Assembly (NCBI RefSeq): GCF_000372725.1
Contig: NW_005201192.1
Location: 124,001 to 188,000, forward strand
Origin: Emiliania huxleyi CCMP1516
Lineage: Eukaryota
DNA: 64,000 nt
Direction: 5' to 3'
A program made the position numbers and the translations under genes. The notes beneath the pieces were generated by a model, which worked only from the letters and a program-made list of their open reading frames with translations, did no database searches and had not been told where the DNA came from. This document shows positions 33,447 through 45,308 of the stretch, in pieces (position 1 is the first letter of the stretch; every line of letters begins with the position of its first letter).

Positions 33447-34142
33447 ATGCAGACACCCCCCCGATCGCCGCCGCCGCGCGCCGCCTCCTCGCCCGGGGCC
33501 GCCTCGCCCGACCCGCGCAAGCTCAGCCGGCTCCGGCGTCACCTAAAGCAGCAGCTCTCCGAGCAGCAGGGCAAGTTGCTCGACGCAGTTGCCGCGGCAC
33601 CCTCGGCCGATGAGGTGTTCGATTTTGTCTCGCTGCATGCGAGGATCCACGACCTGCAGGCCGACCTGAAGACCGTGGACGAGGCGTGCCGAGCCGCGGT
33701 GCAGGCCGCGTGGAGCCGCGAGGGCAGGCCGCCCCCGAGCACACCGCCCACTCCGTCGTCCTCAAGCTCTCCGCTAACATCGCCGCTCCGATTTGCCACC
33801 AGTCGGCGAGGGCCGCGCCACGCAGCGCCTGCCCGCCCGTCGCCACCCCTCCTCTGCCTTGGCGAGGGTGGCTCCTCCTCGCCGGGGCTCATTGCAGCCC
33901 GCGGGGCCCGAATCGTCAGCGCCGCCGTGGCGGAGGCGGAGGCTGCGCTCGAGGCGTGGCGGCCAGGGGGCAAGGGGGTCACCACAGGGGCGGTGGCGAG
34001 CAGTGCGAGCCCGCCCGCGCCCACCGGCCTCGACCGCCTCTTTCGAAAGATCCTCTGCGGTGCCGACGTCGACGCACTCGCCGAGTCCATCCTGCGCGAC
34101 AATGACGCGTTGCTCGACAACTGGAAGCTGGTGGTGCAATAA
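33447..34142 (+). CDS. Hypothetical protein
   Basis: ATG after a promoter-like tract; helical N- and C-terminal segments. Confidence 0.55.
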   Translation: MQTPPRSPPPRAASSPGAASPDPRKLSRLRRHLKQQLSEQQGKLLDAVAAAPSADEVFDFVSLHARIHDLQADLKTVDEACRAAVQAAWSREGRPPPSTPPTPSSSSSPLTSPLRFATSRRGPRHAAPARPSPPLLCLGEGGSSSPGLIAARGARIVSAAVAEAEAALEAWRPGGKGVTTGAVASSASPPAPTGLDRLFRKILCGADVDALAESILRDNDALLDNWKLVVQ

Positions 34143-35065
34143 CATGCTCGGTGGCCGGTGCCGGTTGGGTACGCATGTGCAGGGTAAGAGAGTCAGCAGA
34201 GTACGTGTGCACGGCGTGTCGAGCATCCGTCGGTTCCGGCAATAGCCAAGCCGAAGCGCCCCAGCCGTCGGTGCCCGCCCCGAGTGCGAGAGTGGTCTCT
34301 GGTCAGTGCTCAGTCGAATTAGTATTAGATCTGGTTACTTCGACGAAATAGCGGCGACAAACTTGTCCGTTGTCGCTTGTCGGGACAACATGCTGGGATA
34401 TATGTATATGTTATGTCCCCCTCATGGTCATGCACACGACTACACATGCACATGCGACACACACCTTGGTCCTTGCATTCTCCATTCACACAGGATAAAG
34501 GGTGTGGATGCTGGGTTGATTCACGGAAATCGGGGGACGCACCTCGCCACAGACGGTCCCGCCTCGCCGCTATGACCGCTGCACGGCCCATACCATCCGC
34601 TGTGCAGCGGTCTTGGGTCTTTGTCCGGAGTGAATACTCCAACGCGCTCGTCGGTGACGGTGTCCCCCGATTTCGCCGCGCTCGGCGAACCTCGACAGCG
34701 CTTTCGGTGGCATGCAGCTCTTTGCGACAGAAGCCTGGAGAGCAGCTCCTCTGCTGCTCACACACTCTGCACAGTTGACACAGCCTACTGTGCGGCTGCC
34801 ACAGCTGTGACAGCGATGGGCTCGCCCTCACTGGCCCTCAGTCACTTGTGCTGCGGCTTGTGTGAGCGACACTGCTCGGCGACTGCCGGCACACTGTGAG
34901 ACCATGGGCGTGAGGTCAAACCACGCTACCAGCGCTTGGTCACATCGGCCCCGAGGTCAGATCCATCTACTCTGTTGATGACAAGACTTGTCTACCGGCT
35001 GGAGCCGAGCAGGAAGGCCCGGCGCACAACCCCCTGGTCAACTCACCCTCCACACCCCGTACGGA

Positions 35066-35201
35066 CATGCACATGACATGACATGACATGACATGAACAT
35101 GAACATGAACATGAACATGAACATGAACATGAACATGAACATGAACATGAACATGAACATGACATGAACATGGACATGGACATGGACATATATGGGACAT
35201 G
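35066..35201. repeat. (CATGA)n/(CATGAA)n/(CATGGA)n satellite
   Basis: Direct observation; a related CATGTA tract lies at about 385-406. Confidence 0.9.
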
Positions 35202-35748
35202 GGGTCATGAACCGCGTTCGCAAGGATTCCCAACATTTTCAAGTTTCTCAACTTTTTCATCGCATGAGATCATGAGATATCATGTCACATGTGTGCCGCG
35301 CATGCAATGGCATATAAAGATAAAAGAAAAACATGCCTCACTCAAGGACAATCTCTTACGCGACAGTCGCACGGCGGCCGGTGTGCCGCGGGGGTCGTCC
35401 CACGTCCCGCTCCAACTGCTGTGTCTCTAGAAGTGAGTTCGGCAACGAGGAAAGGTGCGCCGGGAGGGCAGTACTGGTCCCGATCCGGTGGCCCCCTCCC
35501 CGCGCCTCGGCGCCTGCGCGCCCGCGGCAGCCTCCCAGCGCCCTCCCCAATCAGCCTCGCGCTGGCCGCCTCAGGGCCGCCTCCTCCCACCCCTCCCTGC
35601 GAACGGAAGGACGGGCCGAAGCGGGAGGCCTGCCCGCGACGAGCTGCGCGCGACGCGGGGCTGCGCGGCCAGCGAGGGCCGGCCAGCGAGGGGCGAGGGA
35701 GGAGGGCGAGGGAGGACGCCCCGCCGCCCCTCACTCCTCCTCGGACCG

Positions 35749-36830
35749 TCAGTCCTCCTCGGACCGGTCCGATCGGTCGTCGCGGTAGCGAGAGCGGCCC
35801 TTGCCCTCCGACTCGCTCCTGCCGCGACGCGGCGGCGACTCGCGGCGCCGGTCGCGGTCGCGGTCGCGGCGGTCGTAGTCGCGGTCACGCCTAAGTGGCG
35901 CGGTGGCGTGACGGCTCGGCGAGGAGGAGTGTGTCCGCCCTCCCGGGGCCCCGTCGGAGAGGCTAGGGCCGCACCGGTCAGACTCGCGGTCGCGGTCGCC
36001 CCGGCGGTCGTAGTCGCGGTCGCGCCGCCGGTCCTCGTCCCGCTCCCTCTCCCGCCGACCGCCGCCGCCGCCCCCCCCGCTCGAGGAGTGCGAGAACTTG
36101 CACGACGCGCGAAAGCAGCGGCCCTGCTTGAAGTCCCAGCACTCACCCGCGCCAAACGTGCCGCCGCCGCCGCCGCCGCCGCGGTCGCCGCCGCGGTCGG
36201 GCGGGCGGCGGTAGGTGCTGCCGCCGCCGCGCATCCTCGGCGGCGGCTCGGGCAGCGGGTCGCGCTGGTCGTCGAAGTCGGGCAGCAGGACGGTGGTGTC
36301 TGGCTCCGGCTCGGCCGCGGCGCTCACCTTGGGGGGGGAGTTGGGGGAAGTTGAGGGGAAGTCGGGGGGAGGGCGTTTTGGGGGGGTGAGGCTGGTGGCG
36401 GCGAGGGGCGGCGTCGCGGTCTTGCGCTGCTCTTGTTGCCGGCGACCTCGCCGACCCCTGCTGTGTCCCTCTCGCCCGCCTCTCGGGCTCTCTCTCGCCT
36501 TGATCTTCTTGCCGACCATCTCGTCGACCAGCGCGCCGGGCGAGCCGATGGCGTTGTCGGCGAGGCGGAGCACAAACACGGGGGGCTTCTCCTCCTCCTT
36601 TGGCGCCTGCGGGCAAGGGGCGAGCCGGGCTCGAGCTGTGGCTCGGGCTGGCTCGAGGCGGTGCGGCCCTCTCGCCGGCCCCTCCCCTCCTCTTGCCGCC
36701 CCTCCCCTCCTCTCGCCGCCCCTCGCCGCCCCGCCCTCTCGCCCTCCCTGCCGCGGGCGGGCGAGGCACGCCGTGTTTGTGTAGCCGACGCGCGCCCAGT
36801 GCGCGTACTGGATGAGCTTGGAGGCGCCGG
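35749..36830 (-). CDS. CCCH zinc-finger, RD/RS-rich RNA-binding protein; multi-exon, start not identified
   Basis: CWDFKQGRCFRASCKFSH followed by RD/RE repeats; several short introns. Confidence 0.65.
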
Positions 36831-37172
36831 CCTGCCGCGGGGGCGGGTCACTCTTGGACGTGTCTTGGACGTGTCGTGGAGAAGGGGGGGGGGGGGGGGT
36901 CATAACAAACACGGTACAGGATCGAGTTGCACGCGTGCACGCCGCTGAAGCAGTGACCAGTGTCGTCCCACCCCCTCTCCATCGTCTCCCGGTCTCCCTG
37001 GGAGACGTCGGCGGTGGTGGCGGTGTGGCCGATCGAGGTACAAGAGGAGCTTGTTCAGCAGGATCCGGAGTGGTCAGACGCACTATATACCCCTCCACTG
37101 CACTCTGCACACTGCTCACACTGGGCCGCCTGAGAGTGAGACCCGTGTGTGCGGTGCGAAGCACATCCTCTC

Positions 37173-39145
37173 CATAGCGGGTGGGCAAGCCCTAAAACGG
37201 CGGGAGGGGTAGGGCTATATCGATAGAGCTAGAGGGCTCAACCACCCCTCCACCCCTCCACCCTCCACCCCTCCACCCTCCCGGAGCGAGAGGGGTCCGT
37301 CCTCGAGCCCTCCCACTTCCACCCCTCCGACCGGAGGGCTCGCCAGCCCACAGGGCTGGAGGGGTCCCCGTCGGATCGGCGTCGGGAGGGCTCCACAGGG
37401 TCCCATAGGGCTAGCGCGCTGGGAGGGTGGAGCGGTCCACCGGGGAGAGGGGTCAGGAGGGCTGGGCGAGGCGGGAGGGGTGGTGGGGTCCAGGAGGGCT
37501 CGCCGCCCCCCCGAGCTCGGGTGATAGGCAAGAGGGCTCGGGCGCCGGGTGGGCTCGGAGGGACGGTCGGACAAAGGGAGGATCTTCGTGGCGGGAGGGC
37601 TCGAGAGGGGTCGGAAGGGCCTCCGGGAGGGGTCGCAAAAAAAGAATGGCGCGGAGCTTCCGAGAGTGCCCGCCACGAGAGGGCTAGAGGGGTCGGAGGG
37701 GTTTAGAGGGCTGGAGGGCTGCAGGCCTGCTGCCGCCCATGGACGCGGGTCAACCGGCGACGGCGCCCGTGATCGAGGGACCGGCGACGGCGAATGAGCT
37801 GGTCTCTGCGCCGCACGACTTCACCCACGTTCGCGACTGTGGCCATCCAACAGTCTGCCGGCGCGGCGGGCGCATTCGAATGCGCCGGCCGCGCCGGCAG
37901 ACTGCCAGTCCGGGCGGGCCTGCTGCGGCAGGGCGCTGCAACGCCGCCGCCTCGCCGCCACAGCAGCGCCGCCCCCGCATGGCTGCCGCCAGCAATGTCG
38001 CCGCCAGCCGCCGCCCCCAGCCGCCGCCGCCAGCTGCCGCCAGCACTGCAGCGACAGCTCTCTCTGCTGCCCAGGCGCCGCCGCGGCCACGAGTGTCACC
38101 GCCACGAGTGCCGCCGCCGTCAGCGTCGCCATGGCCGCTGCCGCCGCCAGGCGGGCGAGCGAGGAGCTCCATATGAGTGTGTGTCTGGAGGCTGTGGCGC
38201 TTCCGTTTTAGCGGAAACCCCAGGTATTTCGAATACCAAACGCGCTTCGTGTTTGCCTTGAGGAGCGCAGCGACGAGTCCGTAAGGAGCGGCCCCAGCTT
38301 GCTGGGTGCGGCGCCGCCGCGCGCCGTATCGAGAGACTCCGTCGGGGCAGGTTAAAATCGCGCCGCAGGCTGCCCGCACCCCGGGCCGTCCGCGCACAGA
38401 CACCACGGAAACGCCTCATGATGTGTATTGCACCACTTCCGTATGCCTGCAGGTATCTTTAACCGAGCCCTCCGAGCCCTCCACACCCCTCCACACCCCT
38501 CCGACCCCTCCGACCCCTCCGACCCCTCCGACCCCTCCGACCCCTCCGACCCCTCCGACCCCCTCCACACCCCTCCGCGAGCCCTCCAGGCCCCCCGAGC
38601 CCTCCGACCCCTCCGACCCCTCCGACCCCTCCGAGCCCTCCGAGCCCCCCGAGCCCGGCTCGGTGGCTCGCCCCTCCGAGCCCTCCGGGCACTCCATCCC
38701 TCATGAGCCCTCCCGAGCCCTCCCGAGCCCTCCAGCGCCACCCTCGTGCCTCTCTGCCCTCCGAGCCCTCCGAGCCCTCCGAGCTCTCCACCCCTCCCGA
38801 GCCCCACCCCTCGCGCTAGGGACCCTCTTGCCGGACGACACCCTCCGAGCCCTCCAAGCCCCCCGAGCCCTCCAGACCCCTCCAGACCCCTCCATCCGCA
38901 CAGCCCCTCCGGCCCCTCTAGCCCCCTCCGACCCCTCCAGCCCTCTCTAGCCCACTGGACCCCTCCTACGCCTCGCTTTTGGCCAGCCCTCCAAGCCCCC
39001 ACCCCTCCTGGGCCCTGCCGCCTGACACCTCTATCGGTGGAGGGCTTTAGGTCACGGTCCACACTCCCGCCCTCCCGACCCCTCCACACCCCTACAGCGG
39101 CACCCCTACCCCTCCCGCCGTTTTAGGGCTTGCCCACCCGCACTC
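37173..39145. mobile_element. Non-autonomous TIR DNA transposon (~1.97 kb), hAT-like
   Basis: GCGGGTGGGCAAGCCCTAAAACGGCGGGAGGGGTAGGG is perfectly inverted at 37177-37214 and 39104-39141; (C)ATCCTCTC is duplicated on both flanks; inverted CCCTCCGA subterminal arrays. Confidence 0.92.
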
Positions 39146-39553
39146 ATCCTCTCGATCGCCATCCACGCATCACCGACACCGTGTTGGCGTGCTCTCTCGA
39201 AAAGAAGAAACACCTTTCAGGCGGCGTGAGAGCCGTGACGAGACGGCGAGGATCATGATCCGTCATGAACATGTGGAGATGTGATTGCACCCATGTGTGC
39301 TGCGCATGAACAAAAGCCGCTTCTCAAGCGTGGAAAAAGGGAGAAGTGTCAGTGTGAGGGGAGGGGGCGTAGGCTGGCGTTTTTGCCTTTGAAAACTGAA
39401 CAGTTTTATTTTTCATGCATGAAAGAGAAAGACATAGAGCATACAGGCAGAGAGTTGCCGCGATAATATACCCTTATACCGACGCACCGAGCCCGCAGCC
39501 CCGCACGGGCGGGCTCCCCGTCGCGGCGTCTCTCTTGAGCTCGCGCGGCTCCC

Positions 39554-40882
39554 TCAAGGGGCCTCCTCGGCGGCGATCCGCTTGAGGCGCGGCGAGAGGA
39601 GCGATCCGACGAGGAGCTGCAGCGGGTGCTGCAGCAGCAGCGGCGTGCACAGCAGGCCGAGGTCGGGGCGGCCGGCGAAGACGACGCCGAGGAGCGGCAT
39701 GCCGAGGGCGAGCGTCTTCTGCGTCGCCGTGAGCGTGAGCGTGATCCGCTGCTTGGCGCGCAGGCCCGCGAGGCCGCCGAGCTGCCACGCGAGCCAGAGG
39801 TGCGAGGCGTGCAGCCCGGCGACAAAGGCGAGCAGGCCGGCGAGCGTGGCGGGCGGCACGCCAAAGCCGCGCAAGAAGGTGTCGCAAAAGGTCGAGTAGA
39901 CGATGAGCAGGAGGAGCGACTCGGAGCTGCGGGAGAGCAGCTTCCTCCTCCCCGCGAGCACGCCCGCCCCCTGCAGCGGAGGGCGGAGCAGCTGCCCGAC
40001 GAGCAGCGGCAGCAGCACGCGCGTCGCGAGCTTCTGCAGCGTGTCGGCCGCAGAGAGCGCGCCGGCGGAGCCCACGAGCTTGAGGAGGAGGTACGGCGTG
40101 AGCAGCACGCCGAGCAGGTTGCCGAGCACCTGTTGACTCATCGGTGCTGGCTCAACCTCACCAGCCGGAGCGCCACGCCGAGCACCGCTGCCGGCAGCAC
40201 CGCGTTGAAGATGGCGACGGCCTCGTCGCCGCCGGACGAGCGCGAGAGGGCGACGCACATGTTGATGGTGGTGGGCAGCAGGCCCATCACGACCATGCCG
40301 TCGCGCAGCGCCGGCTGGAGCAGTCCGGCCGCGAGCAGCGCGTTGCACGAGAGCACGGTGGTGAGCGGGATGAGCAGCAGGTTGAAGCCCTGGATGAGCG
40401 CGTGCAGCCGCACCGAGACGGCCGCGCGTGCGAGCTCGCTCGTCGGCAGGTTGAGCCCCGAGAGCAGAAAGATGCCGCACGTCGCGCCCTGCCGTGCGAG
40501 AGAGAGGGAGCCGCGACGGTCAGCATCTGTGCCGTCGCGAGTGTGGCGCCGGAAGGTGATGGGGAGGTGCGGCAGTGCGCACCCACGCCACGGTCCGCTC
40601 AGGGCGCAGCGGGCCGCCGCGGCGACCGAGCGGTGGGTAAGCGGCCGCCAGCGCCACGGCCGTGACCACGCCCACCAGAAAGTAGCGGCGATCGAGGAAG
40701 CCGGCGACGGAGGAAGTGGCCGTCTTGAGCCGCTGCAGTGGCGTCGGCCGGCCGTCGGATGCGGCTGGCGATGTAGCGAGCAAGGGAGGCGGGGAGCGGA
40801 GGAGCACGGGTGGTGCGCGAGAGAGCGGCAGCGCCGGCGTGAAGGCCGCGGATGAGGCGGCGGCAACAGCGAGGACGATCAT
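39554..40882 (-). CDS. SBF-like/SLC10A7 sodium:bile acid symporter family transporter, probably plastid-targeted
   Basis: IFLLSGLNL, LPTTINMCVALS..GGDEAVAIFNA, IVYSTFCDTF, QKTLALGMP, HPLQLLVGS. Confidence 0.88.
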
Positions 40883-41670
40883 GGTGTGATGCGGGCAGAG
40901 CTCGAATGAAGAAAACTCTGTCTGCCGGCACGTTTTACCAAGCTGCAAACCCTATTCTCGCACTCCGGGCCCTGGGTTGGTTGGGTGGTCCCCCACTCTG
41001 CGCACTTCAGGCCTCCAGATGTTGGTTGGTTGGTCCCGCACTCTCCGCACACCTTCTATTACACACATAACCAGACAGCCCCTCCCGACGGGGACGCCAC
41101 CACCCTCGCCCAGGGATCTACAATGCAAACGGATCGGCTCAGTGCTGCTCACGATCAACTTGGCAACCTGAGCAAGAGCCACGCGATCGGCGGGATTGCA
41201 ATCATCGCTCTGCAAGCTGCGCTCAAAGTGGCTACGAGGTGGCACGGGCTGCCGCTCGAGCGAGGCCTTTTTGCGCTGATCGAGTATGGCACTGATGTTT
41301 TTCACGTAGCTCCCGAGCGTGGTGCGGTCGGTGCTGCTGGTCAGTTCGCTGGCGAGCGAATGCGGCAGCGCAGCGCGCACGAACCGCCACGGGCTGCCGC
41401 GAGGCCCGGCGCGCGGTAGGCCGATCACTGACCAGCATCACAGCTGCTCGGTCATCTCCCAGCTCGGCATGGTCGTGCGTGACCACCGACGCTGTCGGCA
41501 TTTCCCCGCTAGGGCCTAGGCGCTAGGCACCTGCTCTCGAATGGACGCAAATCGCGCAAGCTGACTCTTCAGCGGGCGCAGCTCCTCCCCACACGTCGCG
41601 AGCGGACGGAGTAGGCGGACATCTACAAACTTAAGAAAACAACAGTGACAGAGGTTTGTTATAATTCTAT

Positions 41671-41722
41671 CCTTAAAATCCCTGTGTGGTGGCGGCGTGC
41701 CGTCCTCCCATCCCTCCCTTCG
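41671..41722 (+). repeat. Family A retroposon tail fragment
   Basis: CCTTAAAATCCCTGTGTGGTGGCGGCGTGCCG, as at 7319-7350. Confidence 0.75.
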
Positions 41723-41943
41723 CTGTCTGTTTTCTTTCTTTTTACAATTCTGATCTTTGCCAAAAGAAAAAAGAGCGGCTGCAACGACGGTGGCCTCATC
41801 ACCCACCTCGGAGCGGTACGACTCGGGAGGCTGTCGCGCCTATGACATTACAAAAGAAATAAAAATAAAGAAACTTCCTTCGGCGACCCACACCGATCGC
41901 CATCACTCTGCCGTCCGCGAGACGGTGCAGGCCCATCGGTGAG

Positions 41944-43214
41944 ATGATGAACGCTGCAGGCAGATCGCTGCTGCGGCGGCCGCAGACCGCTGCTGCGACG
42001 CTGTCTGGCTCGAGGAGGGCGCTCGCCACCGCGCCAAAGATGAAGAGCTTCTCCATCTACCGCTGGAACCCCGACGAACCAAACTCAAAGCCGCACATGC
42101 AGGAGTACTCGATCAATATGAACGAGTGCGGCCCGATGGTGCTCGACGCGCTCATCAAGATCAAGAATGAGCTGGACCCGACGCTGACGTTCCGTCGCTC
42201 CTGCCGCGAGGGCATCTGCGGCTCGTGCGCGATGAACATCAACGGCAGCAACACGCTCGCCTGCCTCTGCAAGATTGACACCAACCCCTCCACGGCCATC
42301 TACCCGCTGCCGCACATGTACGTCCTTAAGGACCTGGGTGCGCCCGCCGGGGCGCTGCCCCCCCTCCCCCCCAGTTTCGAGGAAGATTTCGCATACCTAT
42401 GATCCTAATACGCATGAATCCTTAACAAATCAGGACGAACCCTACCTACAGGCNNNNNNNNNNNNNNNNNNNNNNNNNNNNNNNNNNNNNNNNNNNNNNN
42501 NNNNNNNNNNNNNNNNNNNNNNNNNNNNNNNNNNNNNNNNNNNNNNNNNNNNNCCCCCCCCCCCCCCCCCCCCCTGGCCCCCTGCACCGCCCTCCCACCC
42601 TTTGGGCGCGCCCGCGTGCTCAGAGGTGTTCCCGCGCCTCCCCTGCGCGCGCAGTGCCGGACCTGACGCACTTTTACGAGCAGCACAAGTCCGTGCAGCC
42701 CTACCTGATCAACGACGACATCACAGATGTCGAGCACTACCAGTCCAAGGAGGACCGCTCCAAGCTCGACGGCCTGTACGAGTGCGCCATTACACATATG
42801 CCCCCTGGGCCACCCCCCTGCTCCCCCTCCCGACGCGCGACGTCGGCGCGTCGGGAAGCGCCTAGCCCCTGCCGCCCGCCTCGAGCGATCCCGGATCGAA
42901 TCCCCGTGCACGGCCTCCCCCCCCCCCCCCACCCCCCTTGCAGGTGCGTGCTGTGTGCTTGCTGCACGACTTCCTGCCCGTCGTACTGGTGGAACACCGA
43001 CAAGTACCTGGGCCCGGCGGTGCTGCTGCAGTCCTACCGGTGGCTCGCCGACTCGCGAGACACCATGAAGGCGGAGCGCCTCAAGTTCCTCGACGACGCC
43101 TTCAAGGTCTACCGCTGCCACACCATCATGAACTGCTCCAAGACCTGCCCTAAGCACCTCAACCCGGGCAAGGCGATCGCTCAGATCAAGCTCGAGATGG
43201 CCGCGTCGCACTAG
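41944..43214 (+). CDS. SDHB: Succinate dehydrogenase iron-sulfur subunit, 3 exons
   Basis: [57 protein letters not shown]. Confidence 0.95.
42454..42553. other. Assembly gap (100 N) in SDHB intron 1
   Basis: N run adjacent to poly-C. Confidence 0.99.
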
Positions 43215-43523
43215 CCGCCCGCCACCCTCGTAGAACTGTGATGATGTGGATCGTGTTGTGAAGGAAGAAAGCTCGCGGGGCCGTGCTCGAGCACGGCCCG
43301 TTTGCAGCGGCGCCCTTATCGGCTTGTCGCATGTGCGCTGTGCGGGCGGGGTTTTTGCCGGCTGTTGTTCAAAGGCACTGCGCAGCCTGTCGCACCTGCC
43401 TTTGATTCAAGAGCCGGAGGACGTACCGATTGCTCGGCTGGTGGAGTCAGAAGTCACGGTTGAGATGAAACGATTTTGCCGTAGGAAAGTTGCGGGGGGC
43501 GCTCTTCCTCTTGCGAAACTGCG

Positions 43524-43721
43524 AAAGAAAGAAAGAAAGAAAGAAAACAGACACGCCAAACGAGGGATGGGACGAGGACAAGGTCCCCACCTGCACGAGC
43601 AGGATTTTGGAAGGACGATCAGGGGGACAGGTGGGGCTCTCCTGCTCCTGACAAGGGACACGACAGGCTCGCAGCGCGGTGCGCGGTGGACTCCCACATC
43701 CACTGGCGGTCTCATCTCAGT
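43524..43721 (-). mobile_element. Family B retroposon 3' fragment with (TTTC)n tail
   Basis: Near-identical to 29506-29699. Confidence 0.8.
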
Positions 43722-43777
43722 GAAACTGCGACGGACCGTAGCGGCTCCCAGATTTTTTCTTCTTGTCAAGCCCAAGA

Positions 43778-44515
43778 ATGGTCGCACTGGGCATCTTTGG
43801 GCTTTGCGCCGCGCTCGTCCCCGCGCGGCCCGCTGCCAGCGGGGCGGTGCGCGCGCGCGGCGTCTTCGCGCCGCGGATGGCCGCCGGCGCCGCCGGCGTG
43901 CAGCAGATTGACGGCGTGCGGGTCGGCCCGCCTCCCGACCTGCCCTCGCTGCTGCTGAACAACCGGATCGTCTACGTTGGGGCGCCGCTGGTTCCGTCGG
44001 TGACGGAGCTGGTCGTGGCGCAGCTGCTCTTCCTCAACTACGAGACGCGAGAGAAGCCCGTCTACATGTACATCAATTCGGTGGGCTCCGCGGGCGTCGC
44101 GTTTGAGACCGAGGCGTTTGCGATCGCTGACACGATGAACTACGTGGGCCCCGAGATCGAGACGATCTGCATCGGCACAGCATTCGGCACGGCGGCGATG
44201 CTGCTCGCCAACGGTGTCAAGGGCAAGCGCGCCTGCCTGCCGAACGCCTCCATCATGCTCTCGCAGCCGCGCTCGCAGGCGCGTGGACAGGCGTCTGACA
44301 TCAAGATCAAGGCGACCGAAGTGCTCAAGGCGCGCAACGCGATCAACGAGCTGCTCGCGGAGAAGACGGGACAGCCGCTCGAGAAGATCACCGCCGACTC
44401 GATGCGCACAAAGTACCTCGAGCCCGACCAGGCCGTGTCGTACGGGCTGATAGACAAGGTTCTGCGCTCGGAGAACGACCTGCCGCAGAAGCCAACGTTT
44501 CTCGGCCAGCTCTGA
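43778..44515 (+). CDS. clpR: Plastid Clp protease non-catalytic subunit ClpR
   Basis: PPPDLPSLLLNNRIVYVG, YMYINS, FETEAFAI; catalytic Ser and His positions replaced (AFGTAA, LSQP). Confidence 0.88.
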   Translation: MVALGIFGLCAALVPARPAASGAVRARGVFAPRMAAGAAGVQQIDGVRVGPPPDLPSLLLNNRIVYVGAPLVPSVTELVVAQLLFLNYETREKPVYMYINSVGSAGVAFETEAFAIADTMNYVGPEIETICIGTAFGTAAMLLANGVKGKRACLPNASIMLSQPRSQARGQASDIKIKATEVLKARNAINELLAEKTGQPLEKITADSMRTKYLEPDQAVSYGLIDKVLRSENDLPQKPTFLGQL

Positions 44516-45308
44516 GGCAGGGCTCGGGTGGGGCGAGCCGGCCTCGCGATGGAGTCGGCCTCGCGATGGATTGCAGTCGCGCAAACGAGCGAGGCGGCGG
44601 CCCAGCGCTTCGTTGACGGTGTCCGGTGTGCAACGACATCGTGCAGCGTGTGTGCACCGTGACGCTCGCGGCTCAGTGGTCAGTGCGAAGTGGAATTCGT
44701 TGGCCCCTTGTACTTATTGCATCTGATTGAAAACACGACGATCCCTCAACGTGCCCTGCTCCACCTCCTCCTCCAGCCTCCACTGACCCCTGTGTGACCA
44801 CACCCTGTGAGTAGCGCCCACTGTGTGCACACACTTCTCACTTGTCCGCACCGCCCTGACCCACACCGCTGGCGAGAGCGGTCTGCTGTCCCTTCGGCCT
44901 TCGCGCGTGTTTTGCATTCTCTCTACAAACACGGATATCCCAGGCCGCAGTCCGCACGGTCTGGACTCCGTCTCGAAGCGTCGGACTCTGTCTCGGCTCT
45001 CGCTCCCACCGACAGTCATCGCAACAGAGAACAGACAACAGTCAGACGAGGTGCACGGCACAAGTCTGTCTCTGTCTCGCTCTATACTCTCACCCTCAAC
45101 ACAGCATGCGTTTCGTGCATGCGGCCATGCAGAAGGTTCAACGTCCTCAGGTCCCAGAGGTCTGACTCATAGTCACACGAGCTGAGCGCTGCGGCGGCTA
45201 GCGGCCGCCCACGTTGAAGGGGTGCTGCTCGAGGAACACGGCGGGCAGCTGCGGCAGCGGCGCCTCGACTCGGGCCGGCGCAGGCTCGAGCTCAATGCCC
45301 ATCTCTGC

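Noticed and set aside
40952..41600. Coding-like minus-strand segment
   Set aside because: Interrupted by stops, no start codon or family recognised; not supportable as a gene
42340..42580. Apparent SDHB truncation
   Set aside because: It is an intron containing a 100-N assembly gap; the exons on both sides join in frame
44740..44940. Possible decayed reverse-transcriptase fragment (EVEQG on the minus strand)
   Set aside because: Only one weak motif and no YADD-type or other RT support
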